DNA of 64,000 nucleotides, from positions 18,848,001 through 18,912,000 of the forward strand of contig JAQFVV010000001.1 of NCBI GenBank assembly GCA_028023455.1. The letters are read 5' to 3'. Of this stretch, positions 1 through 13,731 are shown one piece after another. Numbering within the stretch: position 1 is the stretch's first letter; each line of letters begins with the position of its first letter. The stretch is from Epiperipatus broadwayi (taxonomy: Eukaryota > Animalia > Onychophora). Under the pieces are notes generated by a model, which did no database searches, was not told the DNA's origin, and saw nothing but the letters and a program-made list of their open reading frames with translations. The position numbers were made by a program, and so were the translations under genes.

Positions 1-1610
1 GTCATTCTTCTTTAAATTGAGAATTTGGTATCTTTACTTGACAAAACATGGGCAAGGAAACAAAACACATTCCCCAGCCTTATGACCATTATAAGAGAGC
101 TGATCTTTTGGATCTCAATCATCCAAAATGAGCATACCTATCCCTTGCTAGAGCCATCTTAGTGGCTTATGAAGAGAAACCCTTGGACAGATCAGTAAGG
201 AAACCCCCCAGCACTGACACGAAACCTATTCTGGCAACACCACAAGGTTCCAGGTATCATTATAGATTCTTTCTAGTGAAATCATATGATCACTCTTTCT
301 GACAGCCTTAATCTTGTACAAAATTTCATTATGTAAATTACCGTTACTTTTCCCAAATATCAGATGGCATCTAATTGTCCAGACTATATAGTTATGATGA
401 TTGATAGTCTAATTATTCTAAAGATTCCAGTTTCCAGACATTCGTTCAGGTTTAAAATTCTTTGTTCATACAACAAATGAGTATTGCTCTGCATTTATTT
501 AATATCACACAACCAAAGAAGAGATGCTGCATTGATTCATTCTTTTGATTGCACATCTGGCAGAGCAGATTTAGTTTGGCAAAGCCTCTCCTCATGACTA
601 AAAATTCACTGATGGGGAGTGCAGTTAAATTTAATTTTATGATGAAATCCAAAAATCTGCCCTCTAGCATCCAGAATTTAAATTTCCTGATTAACAGATT
701 GTTCAAAAGTCCCAAGAAGCCATAAGGAGTGGCTGTGGTAGGGTTAAGAAATTGGTATACATCCCAATATTTCAATTTAACCAACAACAAGTCACCTCTA
801 ATACCCACCCCTTAACCAATGCAATAAACCTTTCCAGCCAAACCAAAGGTTTTACAGGTGGGGGACCTATCCATAGACAGTGGTGAGTTAGTGGAGGGGG
901 GTGAATTAAAAAATGAAAAATAGCTTATGTAAACCAATCTTTCAGCCCAACCAACAGTTTATAGGCCTTCTATAGTAAAGGGCAAGACCATCAGCCTTTA
1001 TGGGTTGACAACATCCTTCTGTGGCTTATGGCAACAATTTTTTCCAGAGCAGTTGAGAACAAACTGAATTAATCTTCACATGGAAACCTTTAGTTGGCAC
1101 TATTGCTGACAGAAAATAATTTTATCTTCAGGAAGGCTAGCATATTAAGTAATGCCACCTTTCCCACTAACAACAGATAAATCCCTGAAATTGAATCAAC
1201 TGTGCTATTGACTACCTCAAGTAATTTTCTTTGAACCTGAATTCTCATATCTCTTTCAGAAACCATAAAGGGAAAACCTAGAAAATTCTGTGCTATGGCC
1301 AAAAAACTAAAAGAAACTTCCTATTCAATAACCTCCATGCCACAGTTTTCTCCCAATTAAAGTTGAGGTCATAGTTCTTAGAATACCAGTCCATGATCTT
1401 CTTGAGACTATGAATATATTTTTCCGATGGAAGAAACACCACAATGTCATCGACATAGGCAAGACCCTTGACCTCTCTTCCCAGGTTTGGAATGTGGATA
1501 GCCAGCAGATCCCCCTCTTAGCAGGTTGATGAACACTATAAATAAAAAAGTACTGAGTGGGGAACCCTGTGGGATGGAGAGATCCAGACAAAACCCAGGT
1601 GCCACTTTTC
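1..1610 (-). mobile_element. Degraded Tx1/L1-like non-LTR retrotransposon, ORF2 C-terminal part (RT plus zf-RVT); probably continues beyond the window start
   Basis: Minus strand reads REVKGLAYVDDIVVF (YVDD at 1446-1457). ORF 1090-1302 has FLGFPF...LLLVGKVALLN (YLG..LS..GK.L pattern). ORF 452-808 has CQMCNQKNESMQHLFFGC (zf-RVT). Multiple frameshifts and stops. Confidence 0.85.
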
Positions 1611-2602
1611 CTTTTTGTCAGTAAATATCATCTTGTTTCATTATGTGGCCTAATTACTATTGATATACTTTCCTCAAAATTTAATATTATATTGGAACAA
1701 TGTCATCATATTTTAAAGCTTTTGTTATAACAGATTTATTTATTGAATCAAAGGTTCTTTAAAAATCTATAATTTGTATGCAAAATAAAATCTCACACTT
1801 TCTGCTCTATTCTATTTTTTTAATACTTAGATAGTATGCTGCAACTAGTTTTAGATTAATTTGTTTCTTTAATTGGCTTGAGTAAAAAGTTTTTTTTATA
1901 AACAATTTATAATCATCTTAGTGGTTATTTTATATAATGTAATAAAAGACAGATGTTTATGTAATTCATAGTACTGGTTATGTTTAATGTTAAAACATTT
2001 TGTGTGTAACTTTGCCAATGTTTTCTATATTTAAATGCATATTAGTTACAATATGTGGTATTTTAATTTCAAATTATTGTTTAAATCACTTTTTATAATA
2101 AATATTTTTAAGTAATATCTCAAATGGAGATGAATTTAAAGTGGAAGTTATTGTGAAACCTCCACAGGCTATACATAAACTAATACCAATCTATCAATAA
2201 ATAAAAAAGTACAGAAGAAGCCCACTTATTATTTAGCTTAGATTGTATATAAGTATTCAATTTATTGACATGTTACAACGCAAAGCATGGAATTCTATAT
2301 TTTAATGCAATCTCAGTATAACTTTAATCTACTCAGAAATCATTATAAAGAAACAGAGGGAAATGTTGTGCTTCATATTTAGCAGTTATTAAATATAAAC
2401 ATGATCTTTATTCTTTATTCAGGTGTTTTTAAATGTAAGACGTATACTTTTCTTCTGATTGATATAGTGATTTAAAAATAGATTACATGTATATTGAGAT
2501 TATGTTGATACATAGAATTCCTGCTCTGCACAGTGACACTCCAATAAATTGAGTATTGTATATAATCCAAGTTAAAGTGCAGGAGACCTTATTCTAAATT
2601 AA

Positions 2603-2669
<67 letters not shown>
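2603..2669. repeat. (TC)n microsatellite
   Basis: Direct reading; one interruption. Confidence 0.95.
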
Positions 2670-2670
<1 letters not shown>

Positions 2671-2684
2671 GCGAGATCTGAGTA

Positions 2685-2699
2685 TGAAAAACCTCAGTA

Positions 2700-2741
<42 letters not shown>

Positions 2742-2756
2742 TACTGAGGTTTTTCA
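2685..2756. repeat. Perfect 72-bp palindrome centred on (TA)n
   Basis: TGAAAAACCTCAGTAAGA (2685-2702), then (TA)18, then TCTTACTGAGGTTTTTCA (2739-2756). Confidence 0.95.
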
Positions 2757-5700
2757 GTAGATAATTTCATCTACATTTGAGTTATGACTATTAATGTTTA
2801 CATCTATTAACTGTTGTTTCATTTAATATGCAGGGGTTGTTAAATATGAAGTACAGACTTTCTCTCTGATTTTCATAGTGATTTTAAAATGGCTCATGGA
2901 TGTACTGATATTGCATTAATATACACAATTCACATTCTGCATTGCAACATGTCAAAAAATTGCATGCTTATATATGATCCAAGATAAAATACAGATTGTT
3001 CCACCTGTAATTATTCATTTTTTGATGGATACGTATTAGTTTATATATAGCTCACTGTGGATTTCTAGTAATTTCTGCTTTTATTTAAATAATATTTTGT
3101 GAAATTATTCCACACAATTTACCATTTTTTATCCTATAACCAATTCTTTTGTTTATTACTGTAACAATTCATTCAATTCCAATATTTCATTTATATCTTT
3201 ATTATTTTTATTCTGCTCTGACATTTCATTTGTTTTTCTATTTCTGATTTCTAAATACTTTGTTCTATTTTACTGAAATATTTATGCTTTAACTACTATT
3301 TTTTTGTTTCTGTTATATGTGTAGATGTTTTAGTACATGATTAAATCTGAGCTATCTTAAAATTACTAATACTTAGAAATGATTTGTCAATGGATTTTCA
3401 TTTATATTCCTAGAAAATATTCTGAAATTAGAGATATTATTTATTGCTACTGTTTTTCTAACAGATTTATCTATAGCTTTGCTTTTGCATATATTTCGCA
3501 TATCACTCATTAATGATTTTTTATTTTTAACAAATCTATCGCCAGCTTTTTGCTTATATGTGTTTTAAATGTATGCCATTCACATTTATTCTATTTATAT
3601 ATTTTACACATCCATTAAAAATATGTATAATAGTATGTCATTTATAAAGTTAGATTTCGTTTAACATTTGCTTAAATATAAAAGCATCTTGGTATAGTGA
3701 TTGAACATCATTACTAAGTTCATAATTTTGGGTTAAATCTAGTCTAGATAAAATTTGAATTTATTTTAAAATAATTACTCATAGTCAACAATACCAAACT
3801 ACTTAACTAATCTTGGTTGATAAATGGGTTTATTGATAATAGATGGTAAATATTCTGATTAACTTGAAGACAACACGCTGAACCACGAGTATAAAAACAA
3901 AATATACAAATGCGAAAGAGTTTAATGACTAAATATCTTTATACATTTTTCATTACAATCAATAATAATTTTAATTTCCTTGACAATATTTAGTTAAACA
4001 TAATAATTCTAATATTAAAACACATATTGAAATATGTGCGTGTCTTGTTATTTACATATATTTACAGATTTAAAATCCCAAAATTTGTTAAACTTCGGCA
4101 TTGTCAAGTTTTTTATAGATTTTCAAAATTTATCTCACGTAAATTATATTTTGAAATTTTATAAAATATTGCTACAAAAAAAACGTGTTTTGTTTATAAT
4201 TGTCCAAATCCAAAAATTCGTACTTTTGTAGTGTTAGACTTTTTAAAAAAAAATGTACAGCGCTTGTAGCAAAATTACATTTTAAAAAAAAATGTTACTA
4301 CTTCTCTTCACGGTTTATTTTTTAAAAGCTCCTTTTTATAACATCTAGATGCATCTAAATCAACATTGTTTGAAATGTAGCTTGTGAAACTTTAAATAAT
4401 TCAATTATCCAAACAAATATTATATCGAGATGTAATGAACGATGCCCTCCAATTATATTAAATATAACAAACAAATAATTTCCAGTTTATAAAACAATCA
4501 GTAAAAATCATTTAATTCACCATGTTGATTTAAGATGTGACGTAAATCCCTAACTTTTATAAAAGCTAATGAAACAGTGACAAGCATAATTGAATGTAGT
4601 ATTAATTCTACAACATCTGTTAAAAATTTAGTTTTTTTTTTTTGTTAGCTGAATTATTAATTAAAATTAAAAATACGATTAAACTAATTTTAGTTAAAAG
4701 TAGTACAAAAATTCCAAAAAATAGTTTGTTTTTTTTGTGCTTCATCATATCCAGAATAATATCGTTGCTTTTTTTTATTATTATTAAATTAAAAATTATT
4801 TTCATTAACACTTATGTTGCCATATCTATCAGTATTTTTCCACATGTTATAAAATATGACTGCACGCATAAACTGTATTGGACTGCAAAAGAGTATGAGA
4901 AAAATCCTACTTCTCTTTTTAACATTAATCAGCATAAAATCATTTTTCACTTCTATTGTTAAATCGTTTTATTTTAAGTTTAATACCGTTAATAGTTTTT
5001 GGGTGGACATCGGGTAATGATTTATTTAAATCTTTACTAAAATACGCTAAAATATTATTAGTTTTAACATTTGAAAATAAAAAATTATAATATATATTAT
5101 AGTAATATCTTTATATCAGATTTTATATTTGATCAAAGAAAAAAATTTTGTTTTTTTTGTTTCTATTTTATTTTTCTGCGCAAGTGTATTTTTATTGAAA
5201 ATACGTATTTAAATAATCGATTAATACATTATCCAAACAAGTTATAAATAAATATCAAGAAAAAAATTAATCATAAACCAGATCTTAATTAAAATTACTG
5301 AAGTAATTTTTGAATCCAATATTTTATATATGTGCACATACACAACCAATAGTATATATTTGAGATAATTGATCGGATAGATAGTCCATATTTATATATG
5401 TCTATTTCTTTGCAACAAACCAAAGAATGATTAATTATTGAAATAATAATATAAAAGGATCATTTATGATACCCCTTGTTTGACTTTCCCTCTTTCCCTC
5501 ACTTATCTGTATTTATGAGAAGATCTAGTTTGATATTTGTTTAATCCTTTCTTGTAAACAACATTATACACTTGAGAAAGGTTTGACACAGAATAGAACG
5601 GACATCCAAACTTTACAAATGACATCAAATTTGCTTTCAATAATACAATACATGACCACTGGGCATAAAAAAAAGTGATTCATATTTTTTTATGTCATGC

Positions 5701-6397
5701 CCTCAACCAATGCCCAGTAGTAGCCAATTAATCCATATATAAAATTTTAATAGTATGATTTCATTTAATATTATTTTAATAGTCATGAATATAGTGTGAA
5801 CGTACTGAAAGCTAAAACAGCAACTTTAAAAAAGTTTGAAAGTGCATCTTATTTCAATTAAACTTTTGAGAAGTATATAGACATTTATCTATGCATTTGA
5901 TAAAACTTTTCATTAAAACATATCATTTCATATACAAAAATATGTGATGTGAGACTTAAGTATAATTAAAAAAAGATATTAAACATAGAAAAAGAAGGGT
6001 AGAGTTGATTTATTGTAGGTATTTATGTTTAATTTAAAATATATATTAATCTTTATACAAGGCATGAATTTAATATAGTACTTCTTATCTTAAGCTAACT
6101 TTTTTGTTAAGTACATACTGTTAATCTACATCTATATCATCCTATCATTTTCCTAAAGAAAGAAAAAATGTTATAATAGATGGAAACTATTGTAACAATA
6201 CTTTGAAAATATATTTAGGCATATAATACTCCTTCTGTGTATAAAGCTATTACTTTATAATTTGATAATGAGAACAGTACACTAAGTATATACAAATAAA
6301 ATGTCCATTGATTAATAAACTATTGTAATAACAATAAAAATAATAAATATAATGGTAATAATCTATTATATACAGTCTTTCAATTTATAGAAATATT

Positions 6398-7677
6398 CAG
6401 TTAATTCCTTAACTTGCCTTAACTGCCTTTAAATTCTAAAAACAAAACAGAAGTAAACATCAACATCTCAAATCCCATGAATCCCAAATTTTTTATTTCT
6501 ATTTATTAAAATTGCCTCCTTAATTTTTCTTTTATTTTGATGTCTTTCTTCATGAAAAATTTTAACACTCTCAATATCAAACTTAAATTTATATTTACAT
6601 GGTCTTTTATGATCCAAGAAAACTGAATTAGTCATTTTCATTATTATTTTTACTTTTCACATGCTTATATAATAATTCATGCTCCTTTAATCTTTTTCAA
6701 TACTGCATCTCGATTCACCTATATATGATAACATACACCCACAAAAAATTTGATACACAATATTATTTTTCTGCTTGACAAATATGAGATTTTTAGAATT
6801 ATTCTCTAATTTATTTGTAACATAAAATGAAGCATTAAACACATTCTTATATATATATATATATCCTTAAAATTTTTCGCTTCAGCATTTGAAATATATG
6901 GAATAGATATCCATTTTTTACTATCAATCTTCAACTCCTTTAAACCATTATAATTCTTTTTAAATTGACATAAAGTATTGTTAATCTGTTCTATCTTATA
7001 ACCAACTTCAAACAATTCCTTGGCAAATATCTCAATATTTTTTTAATTTATCACTCTGGTAATGACATAATTTTTCATTACAAAACAAAAAAGATCTAAA
7101 ACTTACCATCTTATGCATAATTGGTATTTTTGATTTACAATTTATATATCCCCTTTTTTTGCAATGGTTGATTATTAATTTATACTTAACTCACTATTAT
7201 CTCTTGTAATAATTAAATCCAAATACTTAATACTTTTGTCCTGTTCCTTTTCAATAATCCATTTCAAGCATTCAAATTATTTTACTCCTCTACAAGCAAA
7301 TTCATAGTATTGGTATTTCTGCAAACAAAACATCATCTACTTACCTTTTGTAAATTTTAATATCTTTAAAAGAACACATATTTAAAATAGTACTCTCATA
7401 TGCAGACAAAACAAAATTGCAAAGTTGTTCAACAACAGGCAGACCCATAAGCCAACTTTTAAACATTTTATAATATCTACCTTCAAAAGAATAACAATGT
7501 TATCATCAAATTTTTTTAAAGAATCAATAAGAAATTTTATCACATATTTACAAACACCTTTACTTTTTAATGCATGTACAATTATTTTTATGGAATTTAC
7601 TCTATCAATAGAATCATTCATTTCTGTCACATCTAATGAAGCAATAACATCATTCTCAATAATCACTATATTTTTAA
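6398..7677 (-). mobile_element. 5'-truncated Penelope-like element (RT C-terminal half plus GIY-YIG), pseudogenised; inverted partner of 7678-9209
   Basis: ORF 7382-7666 IASLDVTEMNDSID (RT DV..LY motif); KR*VDDV at 7332-7343; ORF 6806-7015 mirrors 8571-8900; reverse-complement similarity to 7919-9209 throughout. Confidence 0.88.
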
Positions 7678-9209
7678 AAAATGCTAAAAATAAAGCTTTA
7701 AATAATAATGTGAACTGTAAGATATATCCGTCCTGTCCTGTATGTCCTCACTTTTGCAAATATAATGTTACATAAAGAAGGTAATCCTTTGTGAATTATA
7801 ATTGATTTTGTTGGTTTATTTATGTATCAGACTTCTAAATATATTGGTAAGCTGTTATATGAGTTTTAAAGATTTGGGTAAAATACTATTGCTTCATTTT
7901 TTGACTTTGTAAATAGAATTAAAAATATAATGATTAATGAGAATGATGTTATTGCTTTATTAGATGTGACAGAAATGTATGGTTCTATTGATAGAGTGGA
8001 TTCCATAAAAATAATTGATCATGCATTAAAAAATAAAGATGTTTGTAAACATGTGATAAAATTTATTATTCATTCTTTAAATTTTTTTGATGATAACATT
8101 GTTGCTTCTTTTGAAGGTGGATATTATTAAATGTCTAAAAATTTGGCCTATGTGTATTACACAAGTTTGCAATTCTGTTTTCTCTACATATGAGAGTAAT
8201 ATTTTAAATGTATTCTTTTAAAGATATTAAAATTTACAAAAGGTATGTGGATGATGTTTTTGTGTGCAGAAATACCAACACTATAAATTTTCTTGTAGAG
8301 AAGTAAAATAATTTGAATGGCTTGAAATAGACTATTGAAAAGGAACAGGACAAAAGTATTAAGTATTTGGATTTAATTATTACAAGAGATAATATGTTAA
8401 GTTATAAATTAATAATCAAACCATTGTAAAAAAAGGGAATATATAAATTGTAAATCAAAAGTATAAATTATGCATAAGATGGCAAGTTTTAGATCTTTTT
8501 TGTTTTGTAATAAAAATTATGTCATTACTAGTGTGATAATTAAAAAAATATTGAGATATTTGCCAAGGAATTGATTGAAGTTGGTTATAAGATAGAACAG
8601 ATTAACAATACTTTATGTCAATTTAAAAAGAATTATAATGGTTTAAAGGAATTGAAGATTGATAGTAAAAAATGGATATCTATTCCATATATTTCAAATG
8701 CTCAAGTGAAATTTTTTAAGGATATATATAAGAATGTGTTTAATGTTTCATTTTGTGTTACAAATAATGTTAATAAATTAGTGAATAATTCTAAAAATGT
8801 CATACCTGTCAAGCAGAAAAGTAATGTTGTGTATCAAATTTTTTGTGGATGTATGTTATCATATATAGGTGAAACAAGGTGCAGTATTGAAAAAAATTAA
8901 AGGAGCATGAATTGTTATACAAGCATGTGAAAAGTAAAAATAAAAAAAGTTATTCTTGGATCATAAAAGGACATGTAAATATAAATTTAAATTTGATATT
9001 GAAAATGTTAAAATTCTTCATGAAGAGAGAAATCACGATAAAAGAAAAAAAAATAAGGAGGCAATTTTAATAAATAGAAATAAATGAATATAATTAATAG
9101 ACAAGCTGCTAACATTAAAATTTGGAATTCATAGGATTTGAATTGATGACATTTGCTTCCATTTTGTTTTGTGAATTAAATGGCAGTTGCAGTATGTTAA
9201 GGAATTAAC
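7678..9209 (+). mobile_element. Penelope-like element remnant (RT plus GIY-YIG endonuclease), pseudogenised
   Basis: LHKEGNPL*IIID near 7770; IALLDVTEMYGSID; YKRYVDDVF (YVDD 8244-8255); TIEKEQDKSIKYLDLIITR; GIY-YIG KSNVVYQIFCGCMLSYIGETR (about 8817-8880) followed by an IKEH-like motif. These match established PLE RT and GIY-YIG motifs. Confidence 0.9.
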
Positions 9210-9422
9210 CCAAGGTACTTCTGCAGATGGACAATTGAAATCTTAAACTGATATCCAAGAGATTGTAAAAAACCCAGAAAAAGACCACAGGTGAGATGGA
9301 CAGATGAAATAAGAAAGTGTGCTGGGGTGATAAGGAGAATAGAAGCTAAAAATTGAAAAAGATGGATTGAACTTGGAAAGATTTTCATGCTGCAGTGGAT
9401 TAATAATGGTTGATGATGATGA
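9210..9422 (+). mobile_element. 3' end of an RTE-clade LINE
   Basis: Reads RWTIEILN*YPRDCKKPRKRPQVRWTDEIRK...LQWINNG*, the typical RTE C-terminus (W.PR...R..GRP..RW.D), and ends in (TGA)4 at 9411-9422. Confidence 0.75.
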
Positions 9423-10755
9423 CCTGCAGATTGAAAGTCTGTATATAATAGTTTACCATTATACCTATGAATGATTATTCATACTGAATGTGATAGCATT
9501 GCTCTAATGCACATAACTTTTAGTTTAACATTTCAAATTAAAAATAAAGAGATCTTGTGTCTGTGAGAGACCATCAATAATTATTTAACTTTACTAAATG
9601 CTACTATGCCTAAACTTGTAATTCGTAGTCACTGACAAATAATTTCAGCATTCAAATTTGTAATTACAATTGTGTTTCTAGCTTTCATTTTTTCAATTAA
9701 ATTAAGTTTTGATGATTATTTTTATAGCTAACTTTTAATCTGCATTAAAATATCAAATTCACTGGCTAATCTGCCCTTTTTTCCCCATTTTCTTTCTATA
9801 TCCAATATTGAGCATGTGGTAAATTAATTAATGACAAGTTAATTGCAATAGAATTTTGTTAATGTATTTGTGACTATTCAAAAGTATTAAAAGATGGAAT
9901 ATAAAAACTGAGGCTTAGTTTAAAATTTGATAGAGATTACTTTAATATAAAAGTTGACAATTACAAACAATTTCTAAAGAGTTAGAAATACAATTACTGA
10001 TAGAAAACAAGTCACTAAGTAGTGTTTTAAAATAAAAATTAAGATTTAATTTTAATTAATATCAATTAAATTTATCTTCAAATATTAAAAAGTAGGAGAA
10101 TTGTTATCATGTCTTTTTCATAATATATAAAAAACTTAGCCAAGATTGGAAAAAAAAAAATTATTATTTATTTTAACAGGAAAAATAATACATTGCATTT
10201 AAAATGAAATAAATAACTAAATTATGTATTTGTCATGACTTCGGAATATATTGTAAAGAAATCAATTGCATCAGTAATATGTCTAATGTAATTCTAAGAA
10301 TACAATCAAACATGGTAAGGCAAAACAATAGAATACCAGACATCCCTACCTACTAAAAAAATAATACTAATGAATTACTATTAAGAAGTTTTCAGTAGCT
10401 AGAAAAATGTAGTTTTTTCATAGCAAATTTATTTTACTAGTATCTAATTTAATTAGTGCTTTTTAAAGTTTACTTATGCAATTTGAAAATCATTTACTAA
10501 CTTTTTACCAAGTATCATTTTTAATATATGAATTTTTTTTTACAGTACAGACTTTTTCATACCTGCATTCCAGTATGATGAGAAGGTTAGCACCAATGTG
10601 AGTTTTGAGCATTCTGGCATCAGATTTTCAATGAAATGGACATCTGAAGAGTTGTGGAGTGTAGTGGATTGAAACCTGTCCATTGAAGTATGAAGATTGT
10701 CTATCTTAATTAAGCTGAGAATTTATTGTATTTATATGTGGAGATGATAATCTGG

Positions 10756-10799
10756 ATCAACTGATGAGTGCTGGTTTAACATGAAATATGTATATTGGT
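10756..10799 (+). ncRNA. Minimal type I hammerhead ribozyme (family C)
   Basis: AUCAA-CUGAUGA-GUG[cugguuuaa]CAU-GAAA-UAUGUAUA^UUGGU. Core 10761-10767, GAAA 10783-10786, 5-bp helix I, short helix III, predicted AUA cleavage after 10794. Confidence 0.65.
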
Positions 10800-11389
10800 G
10801 ATTATTTATCTTTTCAACATGTGTGTGATCAAGTGTATCTGCAGTATGAGATAGTGTGGATAGTTGAGGGTCATGTGAAAGTCTGACTTTAAGTATCATT
10901 TTTATAATTTAAGAGACTTTTAACTATATTATTATTATTTTGCACAGTTTAATTAATAATTTTATATAATTAAAATTTTATGAGACGAATGCTAGTATTT
11001 TTTAATGCTTAAAACATTTACGAACTCATTAGCTTATTAAAAATACAGTTATCACTTTTTGAATTTAATCACCTTAGGTTCAACTATTCATGTTGTCTAA
11101 TTTTTTTAAACAACTGGGAGGATTTTAAAATGTGAGATCAAGACCCTAAATTTTTGATCTAACTTTACTTTTGCTGATTTTTTTAGTACTTCATTAATAA
11201 TTCAACAAGTATTTATTTCTTTTCTTTTCCAATTGTAATTTGATGTAAACACATCCATGTTTAGTAAGAAAAGATTTTGTTTACTAAAAATGCATACGCT
11301 TAGCATGCTTTTAACTATTACATAGTCATAAACATTTATCATGAATGAAAAGTGTGTAAATGAGATAATTTACATAATCCACTTATTTC

Positions 11390-12515
11390 AACAATGGGAT
11401 ATAGGAGTCTTTCTTATTAATAGAATTTGCAATATTGGCTATGTGCCATGCTTCTTTCAGTTTTTGTCATTTCTCGAGGATATAATCATAGAAACCTGAT
11501 CAACACAGTCAAAAAATTTTACTCCTAACTCAGAAATATACCTGCACAAATGGTGGCAAAACCATGGATATCACTATGATATATACTAGGTATCTCAAAG
11601 TTTAATAAAAAGTTGCTCTGAAACATACACATTGATTCAAAGATGTGGCCATGTTCAGTCTCATGCTCTAAACATGTAGACATGACATTGATGTTGATTT
11701 GGTGTGATTATACAAATATCTCTATCGTGTTACCCTGATTGTGATATTTGCACATGATTTACCAAAATAAATGGCCTTGCAAAGAGAGTTGTGGCAGATA
11801 ATCTTGAAAATAGCCTGGGGGGTCTGCTCCAGAGGCATCTTGTCTTTGGTGTTATTTATTAAACAATTTAGAGTGGATGGGATCTGAAAGCTAAAGCTAT
11901 ATGTTTCAGAGTAGATTTTTATTAAGTTTTGAGATATCCTAGTATGTATTTGTGATATCCATGGTTTTGCTACCATTTTTGCAGGTCTGATTTTGGAGTA
12001 AAATTTATTGATTGTGTTAATTAGGTATTTATGTTCATATCCTATATTATATAAGTTCTTAATATATTCTTCATGTATTGGCTTTATGTCAGATTCAAAT
12101 TTACATAATTTCATGTTTTTATCTAAGAACATCTTAAAGACAGCGAGCTTATGAACTGTAGGAGTTAGCAACTTGCATTTCTAATCTGGATCGGTTTAAG
12201 CATCACTTTATAGCACAAATTATTGTCAATCTTTGCACGTATAAATCAAAAATCTTAAAGCTATTTTGATTATCTTCTTGCTCGATTGTCCAATCTAAAG
12301 ATGATGCGAATACGAGCTCCTATTTATTTTTGTAATTTGTGCTGCTGGTGCAAAAATAAGCACATCGTTCACATAATCTCTTTTTAGTCTGGACAAATTT
12401 TAGCGCTATCATTACGTCAATGTAATAGTTGAAAGCATGCTAAGCATATGAATTCTTGTTAAACACAATCTTTTCTTACTAAACCGGAAAACTTGTTTAC
12501 ATCGAGTTATGTCAT
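11390..12515 (-). mobile_element. Second Penelope-like family remnant (RT end plus GIY-YIG)
   Basis: Minus strand: KRDYVNDVLIF (degenerate YVDD), WTIEQEDN...FD/FL; ORF 11722-12171 with NIGYEHKYL and AIFKIICHNSLCKAIYFGKSCANITIRV (GIY-YIG-like); then CLEHETEHGHIF and KLKEAWHIANIANSINKK. Confidence 0.8.
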
Positions 12516-13284
12516 TAATATTAATTGAAGTCCAATTATACTATAGGCTTAGTAAGGTGTAAATTAGTTTACATTTTTTATTAATATGATTTTAATTTCT
12601 ATATATAAAAATATTTTTTTATTTTAAATTATTTTTTATATTAAAACCTTTGATCTTTTTTCTGTATATTTAATACTTTTTGTACATTTTTTTTAATGCT
12701 TTCTTTAGTAACAGTATTATTTCTTTTTGATATCCAGAATTTTTAAAACTTCTGAATTTTATCTTTCTTTACAGAAAGCATATATAGCACACACACACAC
12801 AAAAACAAATATTGAAAAATACTAATTATAGTTTTTAATTATATAATTATTGGATAAGTTAAGATTTTGTTGTTATTTATTACACATTTTAAATAGTCAT
12901 TTAGAGCTTATATGTTTAACAACTCTCAGAGTGATATTTCACATTATTCCTGTAATTCAAGCTTAGTAAAAATCCTTGGAATAAAAACCAGAATAAAAAA
13001 ATATAGCTTGTCAATAAGTAGTAGGGATGGCCTTATTGACTCATGTTAAAAATAACTGACACTGGAAAATATAATTCCAGTAATTGGGACAAAGAAGAAA
13101 ACGCCTTTTTAATATTCACCTTATTTTGGAAAAAATATATAAACTATCATTTAAATTTATGCTAAAAAAATTTGATATTTTTTACATCCAAAAGTTGATC
13201 AAAGTGTGAATGTAAGGCAATAATTTGAAAACTTATTCACAATGAGAAGGAACATAAGAGCTTTTTTAGTAGAGTCAATAATAT

Positions 13285-13520
13285 TTCTGTAGTGTAATTT
13301 TTACTATACCACTCTTGTGCAAGGTAGGGACTGATTTTTATTAACTTTTAACACCTTGTGCAGGAATGTAATTATAAACTTATGACCAAAAACATATGAA
13401 AAAGATGCACATTTGGTCATATAGTTATTATTACACCCATTCACAAGGTGCCAAAAGTGAATTGAAACTAATCGTTACCTTGTGTAAGTGTTGTGTAATG
13501 AAAATCACACTTCAAAAATA
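13285..13520. repeat. Imperfect foldback of about 235 bp (MITE-like)
   Basis: CTTGTGCAAGGTAGGGACTG...ACCTTGTGCAGG...TATGACCAAA pairs with TTTGGTCATA...CACAAGGTG...TTACCTTGTGTAAG; loop near 13390-13410; roughly 70% arm identity by eye. Confidence 0.7.
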
Positions 13521-13654
13521 TTATTCACTAAGTGAATAATCTCTAGTCTAATGAATGCCTAGTAAAAATTATTAATATACTTTGATCAAGTGGTGTGTAT
13601 CAAAGTTGTGAGGAAAGTAAGTTTGACACTTATCAATTAAACTGTAGTAATTAG

Positions 13655-13692
<38 letters not shown>

Positions 13693-13700
13693 CTATTGTT

Positions 13701-13731
<31 letters not shown>

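Noticed and set aside
2100-3010. Diverged direct repeats (about 2415-2590 and 2830-3010) with QVEQSVFYLGSYIS on the minus strand, RTE-like
   Set aside because: The duplication is visible, but the RTE assignment rests on one short motif.
4030-4960. Possible very old Penelope remnant (FIDFQNLSHV, YRDVMND, CTHK/CIGLQK)
   Set aside because: Motif matches are too degenerate to call without a profile search.
7425-7775. 116-aa plus-strand ORF; also minus ORFs 38253-38471, 39135-39422, 39444-39701, 41535-41825 and 9197-9388
   Set aside because: They are antisense shadows of the PLE, LINE or RTE coding remnants.
10644-10685. CTGAAGA...GAAACCTGTC hammerhead-like motif
   Set aside because: Helix II pairs poorly and no helix I forms adjacent to the core. 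It could be a decayed HHR but is not supportable.
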